DNA of 64,000 bases from an uncultured delta proteobacterium (GTDB lineage Bacteria > Myxococcota_A > Polyangia > Polyangiales > Polyangiaceae). The notes below the pieces were generated by a model that was not told where the DNA came from, made no database searches, and worked only from the letters and a program-made list of their open reading frames with translations. The translations under genes and the position numbers were made by a program. The number at the start of each line of letters is the position of its first letter. Within the stretch, counting starts at the first letter, position 1. Positions 8,142 through 17,518 of this stretch are shown here, one piece after another. The stretch spans positions 160,001-224,000 of the forward strand of contig CAVOKF010000004.1 in NCBI GenBank assembly GCA_963696385.1, written 5' to 3'.

Positions 8142-10150
8142 GCACCCAAACGACGCCGTTGGAGCAGGAGATTCTTCGCCTGCAAGAACTTACGCGAACA
8201 CGTCATTACGTTGCGGCGCTGGCAGGGATCGACGCGCTGCTGGCTCAGCACCCCGAAGACCGTGACCTGTTGTGCCTGGCGGCGATGAACTTGCGCTACC
8301 TGAATCGGGTCCCGGACGCGCTCGAACTTCTTCGACGCCTGGAGCAGCATCACCCGCGATATAGCGGACTGTACCAGGAGCGCGGCCACTGCTACGTCGC
8401 ACTGAGGGATGCCCCCAGGGCCATCGAAGCATTCCGGCGCGGCGTTGACATGAACCAGGCGCTGCCCGACAGCTGGCAAATGCTGCACGGGCTCTACCAT
8501 GTGACGGGAGACCCGCAGAACGCTGCGATCGCAGCCCAGCACATCGCGGTTCTAAAGAAGCTGCCACGGCCCATCATCCGGGCAGGCAGCATGTTCTCTG
8601 ATGGCGAGTGGACCGCAGCGGAAAGCATCGTTCGCGCCTATTTGGCTCAGCACGGTCATCATGTCGAAGCCCTACGTCTGCTGGCCCGCATAGGCATCCA
8701 GCGCGACGCGCTGGATGACGCCGAGCGGTTGCTGGAATCTGTCCTGCAGCTGGCACCGGACTACGCGGCAGCGCGAGCCGACTACGCCGGTGTGCTGAAC
8801 AGGCGGCAGAAGTATCTGCAGGCGCGGCGGGAAATGGACACGCTACTGCAGTTGGAGCCCGGTAACCGGGACTATTTGAAGCTGTACGCGGCGGCCTGCG
8901 TGGGACTCGGCGATTACGCACCTATCATTCGCCTGTACCGCCAGATGCTGGCGGAAGGCGCTTCTACCGGAACCGAGACCGCGGACTTGCACCTGTGGCT
9001 GGCAGACGTGCTGAAAACCGTCGGTCGCCAGCCGGAAGCCATTCAGGAGTATCACGCAGCCATCGCCGCCTTGCCGGACTCGGGCGAGGCCTGGTGGAGC
9101 CTGGCTAACCTCAAGACCTACCGCTTTGCCGACAGTGAGATCGCGCGCATGCGCACAGTGGAAGCTGGGCCGACCACCTCCCTGGTAGCCCGATACCACC
9201 TGTGCTTCGCGCTGGGCAAGGCGCTGGAGGACCAGGGGCGATATGAAGAGTCCTGGCAATTCTATGAGCGTGGCAATGCTTTGAAGCACGCCGAGATTCG
9301 CCACCTGCCCAGGCTCGCCGAGGCCCACACCCGGCTGTCGAAGCAGGTCTGCACGAAGGAATTTTTCGCAGCACGGCAAGAGTGGGGCGTGGCGGATCCG
9401 GATCCCATTTTCCTCCTCGGCCTGCCTCGCTCCGGCTCCACGCTCATCGAGCAAATCCTGGCTTCGCACCCCCAAGTGGAGGGCACCCAGGAACTCGCTG
9501 ATGTCCAACGCATTGTCACGGAGCTGCGGGGTCGCTGCGCCGACCTGGATAACCCCCGTTATCCAGGTGTGCTGACGGAGCTAACCGCGGAGGAGTTCAT
9601 GCGCCTCGGCGAACGCTTCATAACTGAAACGCGGGCTTACCGTCAGACGGAGCGCCCGTTTTTCATCGACAAAATGCCGAACAACTTCCGCGACATCGGC
9701 CTCATCCATCTGATGCTGCCGAACGCGAAGATCATCGACGTCCGGCGCGAGCCCATGGCGTGTTGTTTCGGCAATCTCAAGCAGCTGTTCTCCAGCGGGC
9801 AGGAGTTCAGCTACAACATCAATGATATCGCGCGGTATTATCGCACCTACCTTGAAATCATGCGGCACTGGAACGTGGCGCTGCCCGGGCGGGTCCTGAC
9901 CATGCATCATGAAGACGTGGTAGATGACCTTGAGGGCAGCGTGCGCCGGGTCCTGGACTTCTGCGGTCTGCCCTTCGAGCCGGCCTGTCTGGAGTTCCAC
10001 AAAACCCCTCGCAACGTGCGCACGGCGAGTTCCGAGCAGGTGCGGCAGCGCATCAGCCGCGAAGGCGTTGACCGATGGCGAAGCTACGAGCCCTGGCTTG
10101 CTTCTTTGCGGACCGCTCTGGGCGATGCGGTGACGTCCTACCGAGACTAA
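8138..10150 (+). CDS. TPR-repeat sulfotransferase, paralog 2
   Basis: FLLGLPRSGSTLIEQIL, FIDKMPNNF, IIDVRREPMACCFG, RTASSEQVRQ; collinear with paralog 1. Probable TTG start at 8138 (ORF open from 8060). Confidence 0.92.
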   Translation: MSTQTTPLEQEILRLQELTRTRHYVAALAGIDALLAQHPEDRDLLCLAAMNLRYLNRVPDALELLRRLEQHHPRYSGLYQERGHCYVALRDAPRAIEAFRRGVDMNQALPDSWQMLHGLYHVTGDPQNAAIAAQHIAVLKKLPRPIIRAGSMFSDGEWTAAESIVRAYLAQHGHHVEALRLLARIGIQRDALDDAERLLESVLQLAPDYAAARADYAGVLNRRQKYLQARREMDTLLQLEPGNRDYLKLYAAACVGLGDYAPIIRLYRQMLAEGASTGTETADLHLWLADVLKTVGRQPEAIQEYHAAIAALPDSGEAWWSLANLKTYRFADSEIARMRTVEAGPTTSLVARYHLCFALGKALEDQGRYEESWQFYERGNALKHAEIRHLPRLAEAHTRLSKQVCTKEFFAARQEWGVADPDPIFLLGLPRSGSTLIEQILASHPQVEGTQELADVQRIVTELRGRCADLDNPRYPGVLTELTAEEFMRLGERFITETRAYRQTERPFFIDKMPNNFRDIGLIHLMLPNAKIIDVRREPMACCFGNLKQLFSSGQEFSYNINDIARYYRTYLEIMRHWNVALPGRVLTMHHEDVVDDLEGSVRRVLDFCGLPFEPACLEFHKTPRNVRTASSEQVRQRISREGVDRWRSYEPWLASLRTALGDAVTSYRD

Positions 10151-10572
10151 GCGCGCAAAGCATTCCACGCGGCGAGCGAGTCCATGTAGTCCCGCCAGCG
10201 CGCGATCTTGCGCTTGTCGATGTGGATGACGGAGCAGAAGCGATTGTTGTAGGTGGCGCCATTTGCCAATATCGTGCCGTGGACCTCGTACTCGATGACG
10301 ACTACGCGGTCGCCGTCTGCCTTGTGGACGACGAGATGGTCGGCAGCGTGGAGCTTGATGGCCTCGACGTAACCGCGAAATTGGCCCATGAGCGCGGTGC
10401 GGCCGCGCACGATACGCGGCCATCCCCCAAGGTCGTAGAGGACCTCGTAGACGGTGTGCTCGTCGACGACGTCGAAGAAGTGCTCCCCGTCAACGAGGTC
10501 ACCGAGCGCGCGTCGGATGAGATCGAAGTAGGGCGCGGCCGGCTTGTACGCTGCGTAGGGATGGCTGGACAT
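10147..10572 (-). CDS. NTF2/SnoaL-like (PhzA/B-type) protein
   Basis: VVVIEYEVHGTILANGATYNNRFCSVIHIDKRKIARWRDYMD is a typical NTF2-like C-terminus. Confidence 0.85.
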   Translation of the reverse strand: MSSHPYAAYKPAAPYFDLIRRALGDLVDGEHFFDVVDEHTVYEVLYDLGGWPRIVRGRTALMGQFRGYVEAIKLHAADHLVVHKADGDRVVVIEYEVHGTILANGATYNNRFCSVIHIDKRKIARWRDYMDSLAAWNALRA

Positions 10573-10759
10573 GGTGTTTTTTACCGTGATACGGCAGCCG
10601 GAAAATTTCGTCGAGCGAGGTGCTCGGCTTACCCCGACGAGGCGAACGCGCGGCGCGGTTGCCGGACCATAACGCAGAAGCCCGCCGTAGAGACTCTGAC
10701 CAAGGTTTTCCCGAGCGGAGGCCTTTCGCGGTCCTCACGGGCGTGCTCGCCGTGGGCAT

Positions 10760-10775
10760 GATAATGTGTACACAT
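10760..10775 (+). promoter_or_regulatory. TA promoter -10 plus palindromic operator
   Basis: GATAAT (10760-10765) overlaps the perfect palindrome ATGTGTACACAT (10764-10775), which also covers the ATG. Confidence 0.65.
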
Positions 10776-11010
10776 GTCGAAACGGACCATGACGGCCGCG
10801 AAATTCCGCGCGGAATGCCTTCAGGTGCTCGATACGGTCGCGTCAGCGCGAACGGAGGTCCTCGTCACCAAGCGCGGCAAACCCGTAGCCCGCATCGTAC
10901 CCGTCGGTGAGCCGCCGGCCGCCCGCTTCGGGGCGCTTCGGCGCGTAACAACAATCGTTGATGCGTCGGACGACCTTCTGTCGGCCGGCGACGGCTGGTC
11001 CGTTGAGTAG
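10774..11010 (+). CDS. Phd/YefM-family antitoxin
   Basis: MTAAKFRAECLQVLDTVASARTEVLVTKRGKPVARIVP. Confidence 0.9.
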   Translation: MSKRTMTAAKFRAECLQVLDTVASARTEVLVTKRGKPVARIVPVGEPPAARFGALRRVTTIVDASDDLLSAGDGWSVE

Positions 11011-11416
11011 CGTGCTTGTCCTCGATTCGCACGTGTGGGTGAAGTTCGTGGCAGGTGCCTCGCTATCCAAACGTGCACGCAGGACGATCGAACGCGCTGT
11101 GGGGGCAGAGCGCGGCGTCCTCATTCCGGCGATCTCGCTCTGGGAGATCGCCCGCTTGGCTCAGGACGGGCGCCTGAAGCTTGGCGAACGCCTCGAACGC
11201 TGGTTCGACGCCGCGCTCGCGACGGTTTCGGGGGATCTCGCGGCGATCACCCCTGAAATCGCCATCATCGCAGCGGGACTCAGGTGCCACGGCGATCCGG
11301 CCGATCGCTTGATCATCGCCACGGCGCTCGCTAAGGACGCCGTTCTCGTGACGCGCGACGCAGCGATCCTCGAACTGGCTTCCTCGGGCAAGGAGCTTCG
11401 TGTCCTCGAAGCGTGA
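11003..11416 (+). CDS. vapC: VapC/PIN toxin
   Basis: LVLDSHVWV...ISLWEIA...HGDPADRLIIATA...LVTRD. TTG 11003 or GTG 11012 start, adjacent to the antitoxin stop. Confidence 0.9.
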   Translation: MSSVLVLDSHVWVKFVAGASLSKRARRTIERAVGAERGVLIPAISLWEIARLAQDGRLKLGERLERWFDAALATVSGDLAAITPEIAIIAAGLRCHGDPADRLIIATALAKDAVLVTRDAAILELASSGKELRVLEA

Positions 11417-11633
11417 GGGACGACGGGGCCAGCCACCTGTCGACTCGCGCGGCGCTCGAGGTGCCCGTTGACGCCGCCGTACTCCCGGCTCTCCTCGCTC
11501 TCTCGAAGGAGCCACACGAACATGCCGAAGACCGCGACCACCAAGAAGAGCAAGCCCCGTCGAAGAGCGAGGGCCTGAAAGCAATCGTCGACGCCGACGG
11601 GGACGATGTCTCCGGGAAGCACGTGAAGGCGAT

Positions 11634-11996
11634 CATCCAGCCAGCGTGGCCTGGGGCGGCGTCGGGGTGGGAGTTCTGGGCTTCGCCCTGCGCGTCTGGT
11701 CGATGCGTGTGCTGGGACGCTTCTACACGCACCCTCGTGACCACCGGGGACCAGTCGGTCGTCCGCAGCGGCCCCTACCGTCTCGTGCGCCACCCGGGCT
11801 ACCTCGGATCGATCCTCGTGTGTACCGGGGCCGCGACCTCGTCCGCAATTTCCTGTCGGTCGCCGTCGTCGTGCTGCTCGCGATCGCCTGCACGCCCCGC
11901 ATCCGCACGGAGGAACGCATGCTGCTGTCTGCGCTCGGCGAGCCGTACGCCGAGTACCGCCGGCGCTCGTGGCGCCTCTTGCCCTTCGTCTTCTGA
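11634..11996 (+). pseudogene. Isoprenylcysteine carboxyl methyltransferase (ICMT/Ste14) family remnant
   Basis: LRVWSMRVLGRFYT / VVRSGPYRLVRHPGYLG / RIRTEERMLLSALGEPYAEYRRRSWRLLPFVF lie in two frames (two compensating shifts). No N-terminus. Confidence 0.75.
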
Positions 11997-12479
11997 CGGA
12001 CGCGGCGGGCGGTGAAGGCCGTGAAGGACGCGGTGGCGCGCTGCGGTGAACGCGATGAACGGCGCGGACGTTGTCTTCCGTGGTCCAATCGAGAATGGTT
12101 TCAACCACGTCGCGCACCCATCACGGGCCGGCCTCATCGCTGTATAGTGCCGCTCGCCGACGCTGCCGTTGCGGACGCGGTGGTTTGCAGCGTGGATCGT
12201 CGTGCGTGCGGCCGGGCAGGTCGCGAACGCTCTTTCGGGTTGCGCCGCGAAGCGCAGGGTCGTTTGGAGCCTCGCGGGCGGGGCCGCGGTTGCCGCAGGC
12301 GGGCGGCTGCGTCGCAACGGACTCGTGCCTGGACGAGGCCACATGCGCGGCAGCGGGGACTGGAATGGCGCGGCCGACGAGGGATGTCTCCGGTGACCCG
12401 GTGGTTGCCGCTCCGGTCCAGAATTGGCGTGCCCCGTCGCCCCGTCGCGCGGGCGGCTGCGCGGACATCTCCGAGTCGT

Positions 12480-12740
12480 CTAACGCGGTGGCGGTCGGGC
12501 GCTGCTTGACTTCGTCGGCTCGCGCTTCGACCGTTCGTCCGCCAAGTCGATCCCTGCGGTGGTCGGCGACGCCGCGTTGACGAGCGCGTTCAGGGCGTCG
12601 AGGGCGATGCGCGCGGACTTCGTGTCGCCGACGTCCAGGGAGCTGGCCACGCTGGCCGTTAGGGCGTGGACGAGCGTGGCGCGGGGGGACGTCGGGGACA
12701 TCGATGAAAACGATTGCCCGCCGATTGCCCGCTGGATGGG
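12480..12740 (-). other. Island junction at the tRNA-Gln 3' end: arm-like direct repeats plus an orphan C-terminal-tail-like ORF
   Basis: CGATTGCCCGC x2 (12711-12732); GGGGAC(G/A)TC x2 (12685-12702). A frame runs out of the tRNA into PRATLVHALTASVASSLDVGDTKSARIALDALNALV...IDLADERSKR. Confidence 0.5.
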
Positions 12741-12811
12741 TTCCGGCGCAGGGATTCGAACCCCGATAAGCGGATCCAAAATCCGCTGTCCTGCCATTAG
12801 ACGACGCCGGA
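12741..12811 (-). tRNA. tRNA-Gln(UUG)
   Basis: Acceptor TCCGGCG/CGCCGGA, D-arm GTCTAATGGCAGGAC, anticodon stem GCGGA-TTTTGGA-TCCGC, T-loop TTCGAAT. CCA is not cleanly encoded. Confidence 0.95.
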
Positions 12812-13014
12812 ACAAGGCTAGCGCAGCGCGCTCGGCCTCTCTCGACGGGGCAGCCTACGTAAATGCGCCGCAAACGCAACCGGGCGTCTTGGGCAGGAAC
12901 TTTCGAGCGCAAGGGCGGTCCATCATGGCGATGGCCCGACGCTCGGTGGAGTCCGCCGATGCGCATGCGCGATGCATTGCCTGTGAAGGGCCCCATCGGG
13001 CAGGATGCGATCAC

Positions 13015-13623
13015 GTGCCGTTTGCCGACGATGCCGAGGCACGACTCGTGGAGCGACTCGTGCAGCGCGACGAGCGTGCGTTCAATACGCTGGTCAGGGC
13101 GCACGAAGCCCGCGTGTTCGGACTGCTGCTCCGAATGATCGGCAGCCGCGCTGAAGCGGAGGACCTAGCCCAAGAGGTATTCGTTCAGGTGTTCAAGGCC
13201 ATCGGTACGTTCCGAGGCGAGTCGAAGCTGTCGACATGGATCTATCGAATTGCCGTTAATCTAAGCAAGAATCGGGGAAAGTACTTGCGGGTGCGCCACG
13301 CGGGGCAGGAAGACGACTTCGCGGCGATGGACGAGCGCGTGAACCTCGGCCATGCCAAGCAGCAGGCTGCGGTTGGAAGCGTCGCGCGCCCCGACGACAT
13401 GGCGGCGGGAAAGCAACTCGAGCGAATCGTTCAGCACGCGATCCTGCAACTCGAACCCACATTTCGGGAATGCCTCGTGCTGCGCGACATCGAGGACCTG
13501 AGCTACGAGGAAATCGAAGCGATCACGGGCTTGCCGGAGGGCACCGTAAAGAGCCGTATTCACCGCGCGCGCGGCCAACTCAGAGAGCTTGTGGAACGAG
13601 AACTCGGCGAGAGGATTGCATGA
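13015..13623 (+). CDS. ECF RNA polymerase sigma factor (RpoE-like)
   Basis: AEAEDLAQEVFVQVFKAIGTFRGESKLSTWIYRIAVN; LSYEEIEAITGLPEGTVKSRIHRAR. Start is approximate. Confidence 0.9.
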   Translation: MPFADDAEARLVERLVQRDERAFNTLVRAHEARVFGLLLRMIGSRAEAEDLAQEVFVQVFKAIGTFRGESKLSTWIYRIAVNLSKNRGKYLRVRHAGQEDDFAAMDERVNLGHAKQQAAVGSVARPDDMAAGKQLERIVQHAILQLEPTFRECLVLRDIEDLSYEEIEAITGLPEGTVKSRIHRARGQLRELVERELGERIA

Positions 13624-13886
13624 ACGACCCTGAAGGAGCCGATGGCGATGGCCAAGACGACGAGGCGGTGCGCGACCTTCTGCAACGCTCGCTCCGCAAG
13701 CGTCTCTATTCGCCGAACCTCCTCGCTGGAATTCAACACCGCATTCGGCAGCGTTCGCGCGGCAAGTTTTTCGCAAACGGTTGGAGCGTCAGGCAAGGGG
13801 GCATCGGCCACGTCTGGATCGGCTTGGCAACATTGCTGCTCGTAGCTATCGCGTATTGCGTGCTCGGCCCCATCGACCTGCGCTGA
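13620..13886 (+). CDS. Small membrane protein, probable anti-sigma factor
   Basis: ATGA overlap with the sigma stop; C-terminal TM VWIGLATLLLVAIAYCVL. Confidence 0.65.
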   Translation: MNDPEGADGDGQDDEAVRDLLQRSLRKRLYSPNLLAGIQHRIRQRSRGKFFANGWSVRQGGIGHVWIGLATLLLVAIAYCVLGPIDLR

Positions 13887-14040
13887 ACGCTGCTCAACGC
13901 GGCTGACGGACTGAGCGTGATCGACTTCACCGCGGCCGCACTCGGCGATCCAGGCGGCAGAACAGCGCAAACCGCCGAGCGATGAGGGACGCCCCAGACA
14001 AGGCAAATTCGGCTCGCGGCCTAAAGCGGAGGTTTGGGAT

Positions 14041-14811
14041 CTAGACCCACCGCGCGAGGACGACGGTGATGTTGTCGGGGCCGCCATTTTCGTTGGCTCG
14101 CGCAATCAGCCTCGAGGCAGCGGTCTTGAGGTCGCTCGTGCCGCTCAGCGTGTCGAGCATTTCCGGATCGGCTACGGGCCCGGAGAGGCCGTCCGAGCAA
14201 AGCAAATAGACGTCGCCGGCGCGCGGCTGCTCCAGGCGCGTATCGACTTTGACGGTGTCCTTCATGCCGAGTGCACGAACGATCACGTTCTTGTGCGGGA
14301 AATTTGCGATCTCCTCGGCGGTCAGCCGCTTCATCTTGATGTAGTCGTTGAGGAGCGAATGATCCTCGGTAAGTTGCTCGAACTTGCCTTCTCGCATGCG
14401 GTAGACGCGCGAGTCGCCCACGTGCGCCAGATACACGCCGTTCTCGACGGCGAATAGCGCCACGATTGTCGTGCCCATCCCCCGTTGACGAGGATCGCGC
14501 TGGGCACTTTCGAAAATGCGCAGATTCGCGAGTTTAATCCCGGTGATCAGTCGGTTTTCTTCGTAGCCTTTGGAGCGGTCCATCTTGTAGGGCCAGGTGC
14601 GCTCCGGATCGTTGGCGGTCAACGCGAAGAATTCGCGCATCGCGTCTACTGCCATTTTGCTCGCGATCTCGCCGGACGCGTGTCCTCCCATTCCGTCGGC
14701 CACGATGTAAAGACCGCTCTCCTCGATGATTGAAAAGACGTCCTCGTTGTGAGTGCGTTTCATGCCGACGTTCGTTTCGCCGGCCACCTCAATGCGGAGC
14801 GATACAGCCAC
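14041..14811 (-). CDS. PP2C-type Ser/Thr protein phosphatase
   Basis: RTHNED, VADGMGGH, MGTT, HVGDSR, LCSDGL, GGPDNITV. Confidence 0.95.
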   Translation of the reverse strand: MAVSLRIEVAGETNVGMKRTHNEDVFSIIEESGLYIVADGMGGHASGEIASKMAVDAMREFFALTANDPERTWPYKMDRSKGYEENRLITGIKLANLRIFESAQRDPRQRGMGTTIVALFAVENGVYLAHVGDSRVYRMREGKFEQLTEDHSLLNDYIKMKRLTAEEIANFPHKNVIVRALGMKDTVKVDTRLEQPRAGDVYLLCSDGLSGPVADPEMLDTLSGTSDLKTAASRLIARANENGGPDNITVVLARWV

Positions 14812-14902
14812 GGCAGACGATCGTCGCAAGGACGCGTATAGGGTGTCTAGTATTAGTTGCGGTCTCTTGACCCGTTCGGCCGTGCCAGAGCCGATTCGTT
14901 CG

Positions 14903-16000
14903 TCAAAGAGCGGCTCGCAGCACGACGGGAAGGTCGTGAAACTGGCCGGCGCTGAAGACGAGAAGCTTGACTGCGTCACCCGGCGCGTGTTGCGAGATGG
15001 CCTCGGCGAGCGCTTCGGGGGTTCCGATGGGACGTCCGTCGATGGCGACGATGACGTCCGACGAGGGCTTGAGGCCTGCTTGCTCCGCCGGTCCCGAAGG
15101 CGCAACGGCGATCACGCGGACCCCTCGCACCACGGTCGACGCTTCGCGCTCGACTCGAACACCGAGCCATGCCGCCGAGGAGGTGGAAGTCGCAGAGCTC
15201 GGCAAGCGTATGGCGTGGGTCAAAAATGAGCGAATTGTCGAGACCGGAGCGCCGACCACAATGGGCTGACAAGCTACGGCTGCCGCGTTGACGGCGGTGT
15301 TCCTCGTCGAAATCGCATCGCCCGACTCCGATTCGCCGCTTTTGCAGGCCCGAACGAGCACGGCAACGACGCCGCCCGAGGGGTCGAGCAGCGGCGCGCC
15401 CGCCAGAGGCGGCCCTTGGACGTTAACGGCAAGCATCTGGAGCAGCCTCTCGCTGCCCGGCGCATAGGCACTCGTCCATCCGCGCAACGCGGCTGCGGCC
15501 GGCCCGAGGTGGACTCCATGAGCGGGAAGCATCGCGCGAATGTCGAGCCCAGCCGGATCCGACTCGCTCGCGCCGAGGCCCTCGGTCCCATGATTGGGTT
15601 CGGGCACGAGAAGTGCCAAATCGAAAGCCTTGTCGCTTCGGCCGATCTTGGTGTGAACAACCGTTCCGTCGGCGTAGCGAACGTCCGCTCCCTCGAAGCC
15701 GCCCAGTCCTGAGAGGGCGGTCAGAATTCGGCCGTCGCCCGCCAAGACGGTGCCCACGGCGACCGGAACGCCACTGCGGACGATGGTGACCACGCTGCGC
15801 CGGACATGCTCGTAGAGTTGCTGGGGCGATTGCGCTTGCCCCGAAGCCGGGCTACCGCCTGAGTCGGCGCCAGTCGCCGCCGCCTCGTCCTGCGGCATGG
15901 CCGGCAGCGACGGCGGAGGCTGAGCCGCCGCGGGCGACGCGGTGCAGATCCAGGCGATGACGACCCCCGACGCAAGCAGCGATTGGTTCACGGCGCTCAT
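14903..16000 (-). CDS. Exported HtrA/trypsin-like plus PDZ protein with degenerate catalytic residues
   Basis: Signal peptide; GRILTALSG, DLALL, LAGAPLLD; PDZ WLGV...GPAEQAGLK..DVIVAIDG. Confidence 0.75.
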   Translation of the reverse strand: MSAVNQSLLASGVVIAWICTASPAAAQPPPSLPAMPQDEAAATGADSGGSPASGQAQSPQQLYEHVRRSVVTIVRSGVPVAVGTVLAGDGRILTALSGLGGFEGADVRYADGTVVHTKIGRSDKAFDLALLVPEPNHGTEGLGASESDPAGLDIRAMLPAHGVHLGPAAAALRGWTSAYAPGSERLLQMLAVNVQGPPLAGAPLLDPSGGVVAVLVRACKSGESESGDAISTRNTAVNAAAVACQPIVVGAPVSTIRSFLTHAIRLPSSATSTSSAAWLGVRVEREASTVVRGVRVIAVAPSGPAEQAGLKPSSDVIVAIDGRPIGTPEALAEAISQHAPGDAVKLLVFSAGQFHDLPVVLRAAL

Positions 16001-16136
16001 GATAGCGCGGCAGCCGTGCAAGTGCCGATCCGGCACCCGCCGGTGGGATGGCAGGGCCCACGGCAGCTCGCAGCCGAACACGCGGTCGCAACGAGCTTGA
16101 CAGAAATGCTGTTCCGAGGTCTCAAAGACCCCGCGC

Positions 16137-16430
16137 ATGAGTGAATCGGAGAAGACGGCGGCCGCGGCGATAGACGAGGAGCCCAGAACCCCCGCCTGGC
16201 TTCCGGCACTGGGCGCGGCGCTTTTCCTCGCCGTGGGCGTCGCGTGGGCAGTGTGGCATTCCTCGGCAAAGACCGCATCGGTCGAAGTGCCGCCCAATGC
16301 GCCCAAGGTCGTCGCCGTCACGGGCTCCGCGGGGCCCGGCCCATCGATCTCCGCACCGCTTCGGCCGAGCGGCCCCCCCGCCGGTGCGCCCGCAGGCCCG
16401 GCGCGGCCCGGACCGCCAAGCCGCCCTTAG
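16137..16430 (+). CDS. Small single-TM Pro-rich protein
   Basis: EEPRTPAWLPALGAALFLAVGVAWAV; directly upstream of argC. Confidence 0.6.
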   Translation: MSESEKTAAAAIDEEPRTPAWLPALGAALFLAVGVAWAVWHSSAKTASVEVPPNAPKVVAVTGSAGPGPSISAPLRPSGPPAGAPAGPARPGPPSRP

Positions 16431-16473
16431 CGGCTGCAGCAGCAGGCGAGCTAGGGTAGATCGGCAGGCGTTC

Positions 16474-17505
16474 ATGAAACATCTCCGAGTCGGCGTCGTC
16501 GGCGCGTCGGGCTATTCCGGCAGCGTTGCCACGCGGCTCGTGGCGACGCATCCCCGCATGAGCGTTGCATTCGCGACGAGCGACAAGTTGGCCGGCGAGA
16601 GCGTCGCGCTGCACCTCGGAGTCCGTGCCGACGACTCGCTCCACTTCGTCGCAAACGCCGCTGCAATCGAGCGCGCCAGCGAAAGCGATGCCGTGCTGCT
16701 CGCGACCGCGGCGGAGGTCTCGATGCAACTTCTGCCGGCTCTCGCGGCGCGCGGCCTCCAGGTCATCGACCTATCGGGTGCATTCCGCCTCGCCCAGGCT
16801 GACTATCCACGGTGGTACGGCTTCGAGCACACCGCGCCGGCGTGGCTCCCGCGGGCCCATTACGGCCTTCCGGAGCTCTTCGGTCCGCCGCCCGTCGGTG
16901 CCCCTGTGGCCAATCCGGGATGCTTTCCGACCGCGGCACTCCTGGCAATCGGACCCCTTGTGCGCTCGGGCCTCGTCGAGGCGGCTGGGATCGTGGTCGA
17001 CGCAAAGAGCGGCGTCACCGGGGCGGGGCGCCAGAGCGGCGACTCCTACTCGTTCGTCGAGGTCGACGAAGATCTGCGAGCCTACAAGGTGCTGTCGCAC
17101 CAGCACACCCCGGAAATCACACGGGGTCTGTCGCGGCTCGGCGACGGCGTGAACGTGACATTCACGCCACACCTGACAGCGGTCAAGCGCGGGCTGCTGG
17201 CCACTTGTTATGCGCGGCCACGCACCGGAGCCTCAGCCGGCCGAATCGTCGAGTGTTTGCGCGATACGTACGCTCGAAGCGCTTTCGTTCGCGCACTGGC
17301 TCCCGATCAAGTGATGCTCAAACGGGTGGTCGGTACCAACGCATGCCACGTGGGCGCGGCGTCCAACGACGATGTGGTCGTGGCCATCGGAGCGATCGAC
17401 AACCTCCTTAAGGGAGCCGCCGGCCAGGCGATCCAGAACCTCAACTTGATGAACGGATGGGACGAGGCGTCGGGCTTGGACGGCCTGCAGCGAGTCTCGC
17501 CGTGA
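16474..17505 (+). CDS. argC: N-acetyl-gamma-glutamyl-phosphate reductase
   Basis: GASGYSG, IDLSGAFRL, ANPGCFPT, SGVTGAGR, HQHTPEI, DNLLKGAAGQA. Confidence 0.96.
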   Translation: MKHLRVGVVGASGYSGSVATRLVATHPRMSVAFATSDKLAGESVALHLGVRADDSLHFVANAAAIERASESDAVLLATAAEVSMQLLPALAARGLQVIDLSGAFRLAQADYPRWYGFEHTAPAWLPRAHYGLPELFGPPPVGAPVANPGCFPTAALLAIGPLVRSGLVEAAGIVVDAKSGVTGAGRQSGDSYSFVEVDEDLRAYKVLSHQHTPEITRGLSRLGDGVNVTFTPHLTAVKRGLLATCYARPRTGASAGRIVECLRDTYARSAFVRALAPDQVMLKRVVGTNACHVGAASNDDVVVAIGAIDNLLKGAAGQAIQNLNLMNGWDEASGLDGLQRVSP

Positions 17506-17518
17506 GGGAGGGCGAACG

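Noticed and set aside
12000..12480. Coding gene in this interval
   Set aside because: Only fragments (a lipoprotein-like GGCVATDSC stretch); no coherent ORF.
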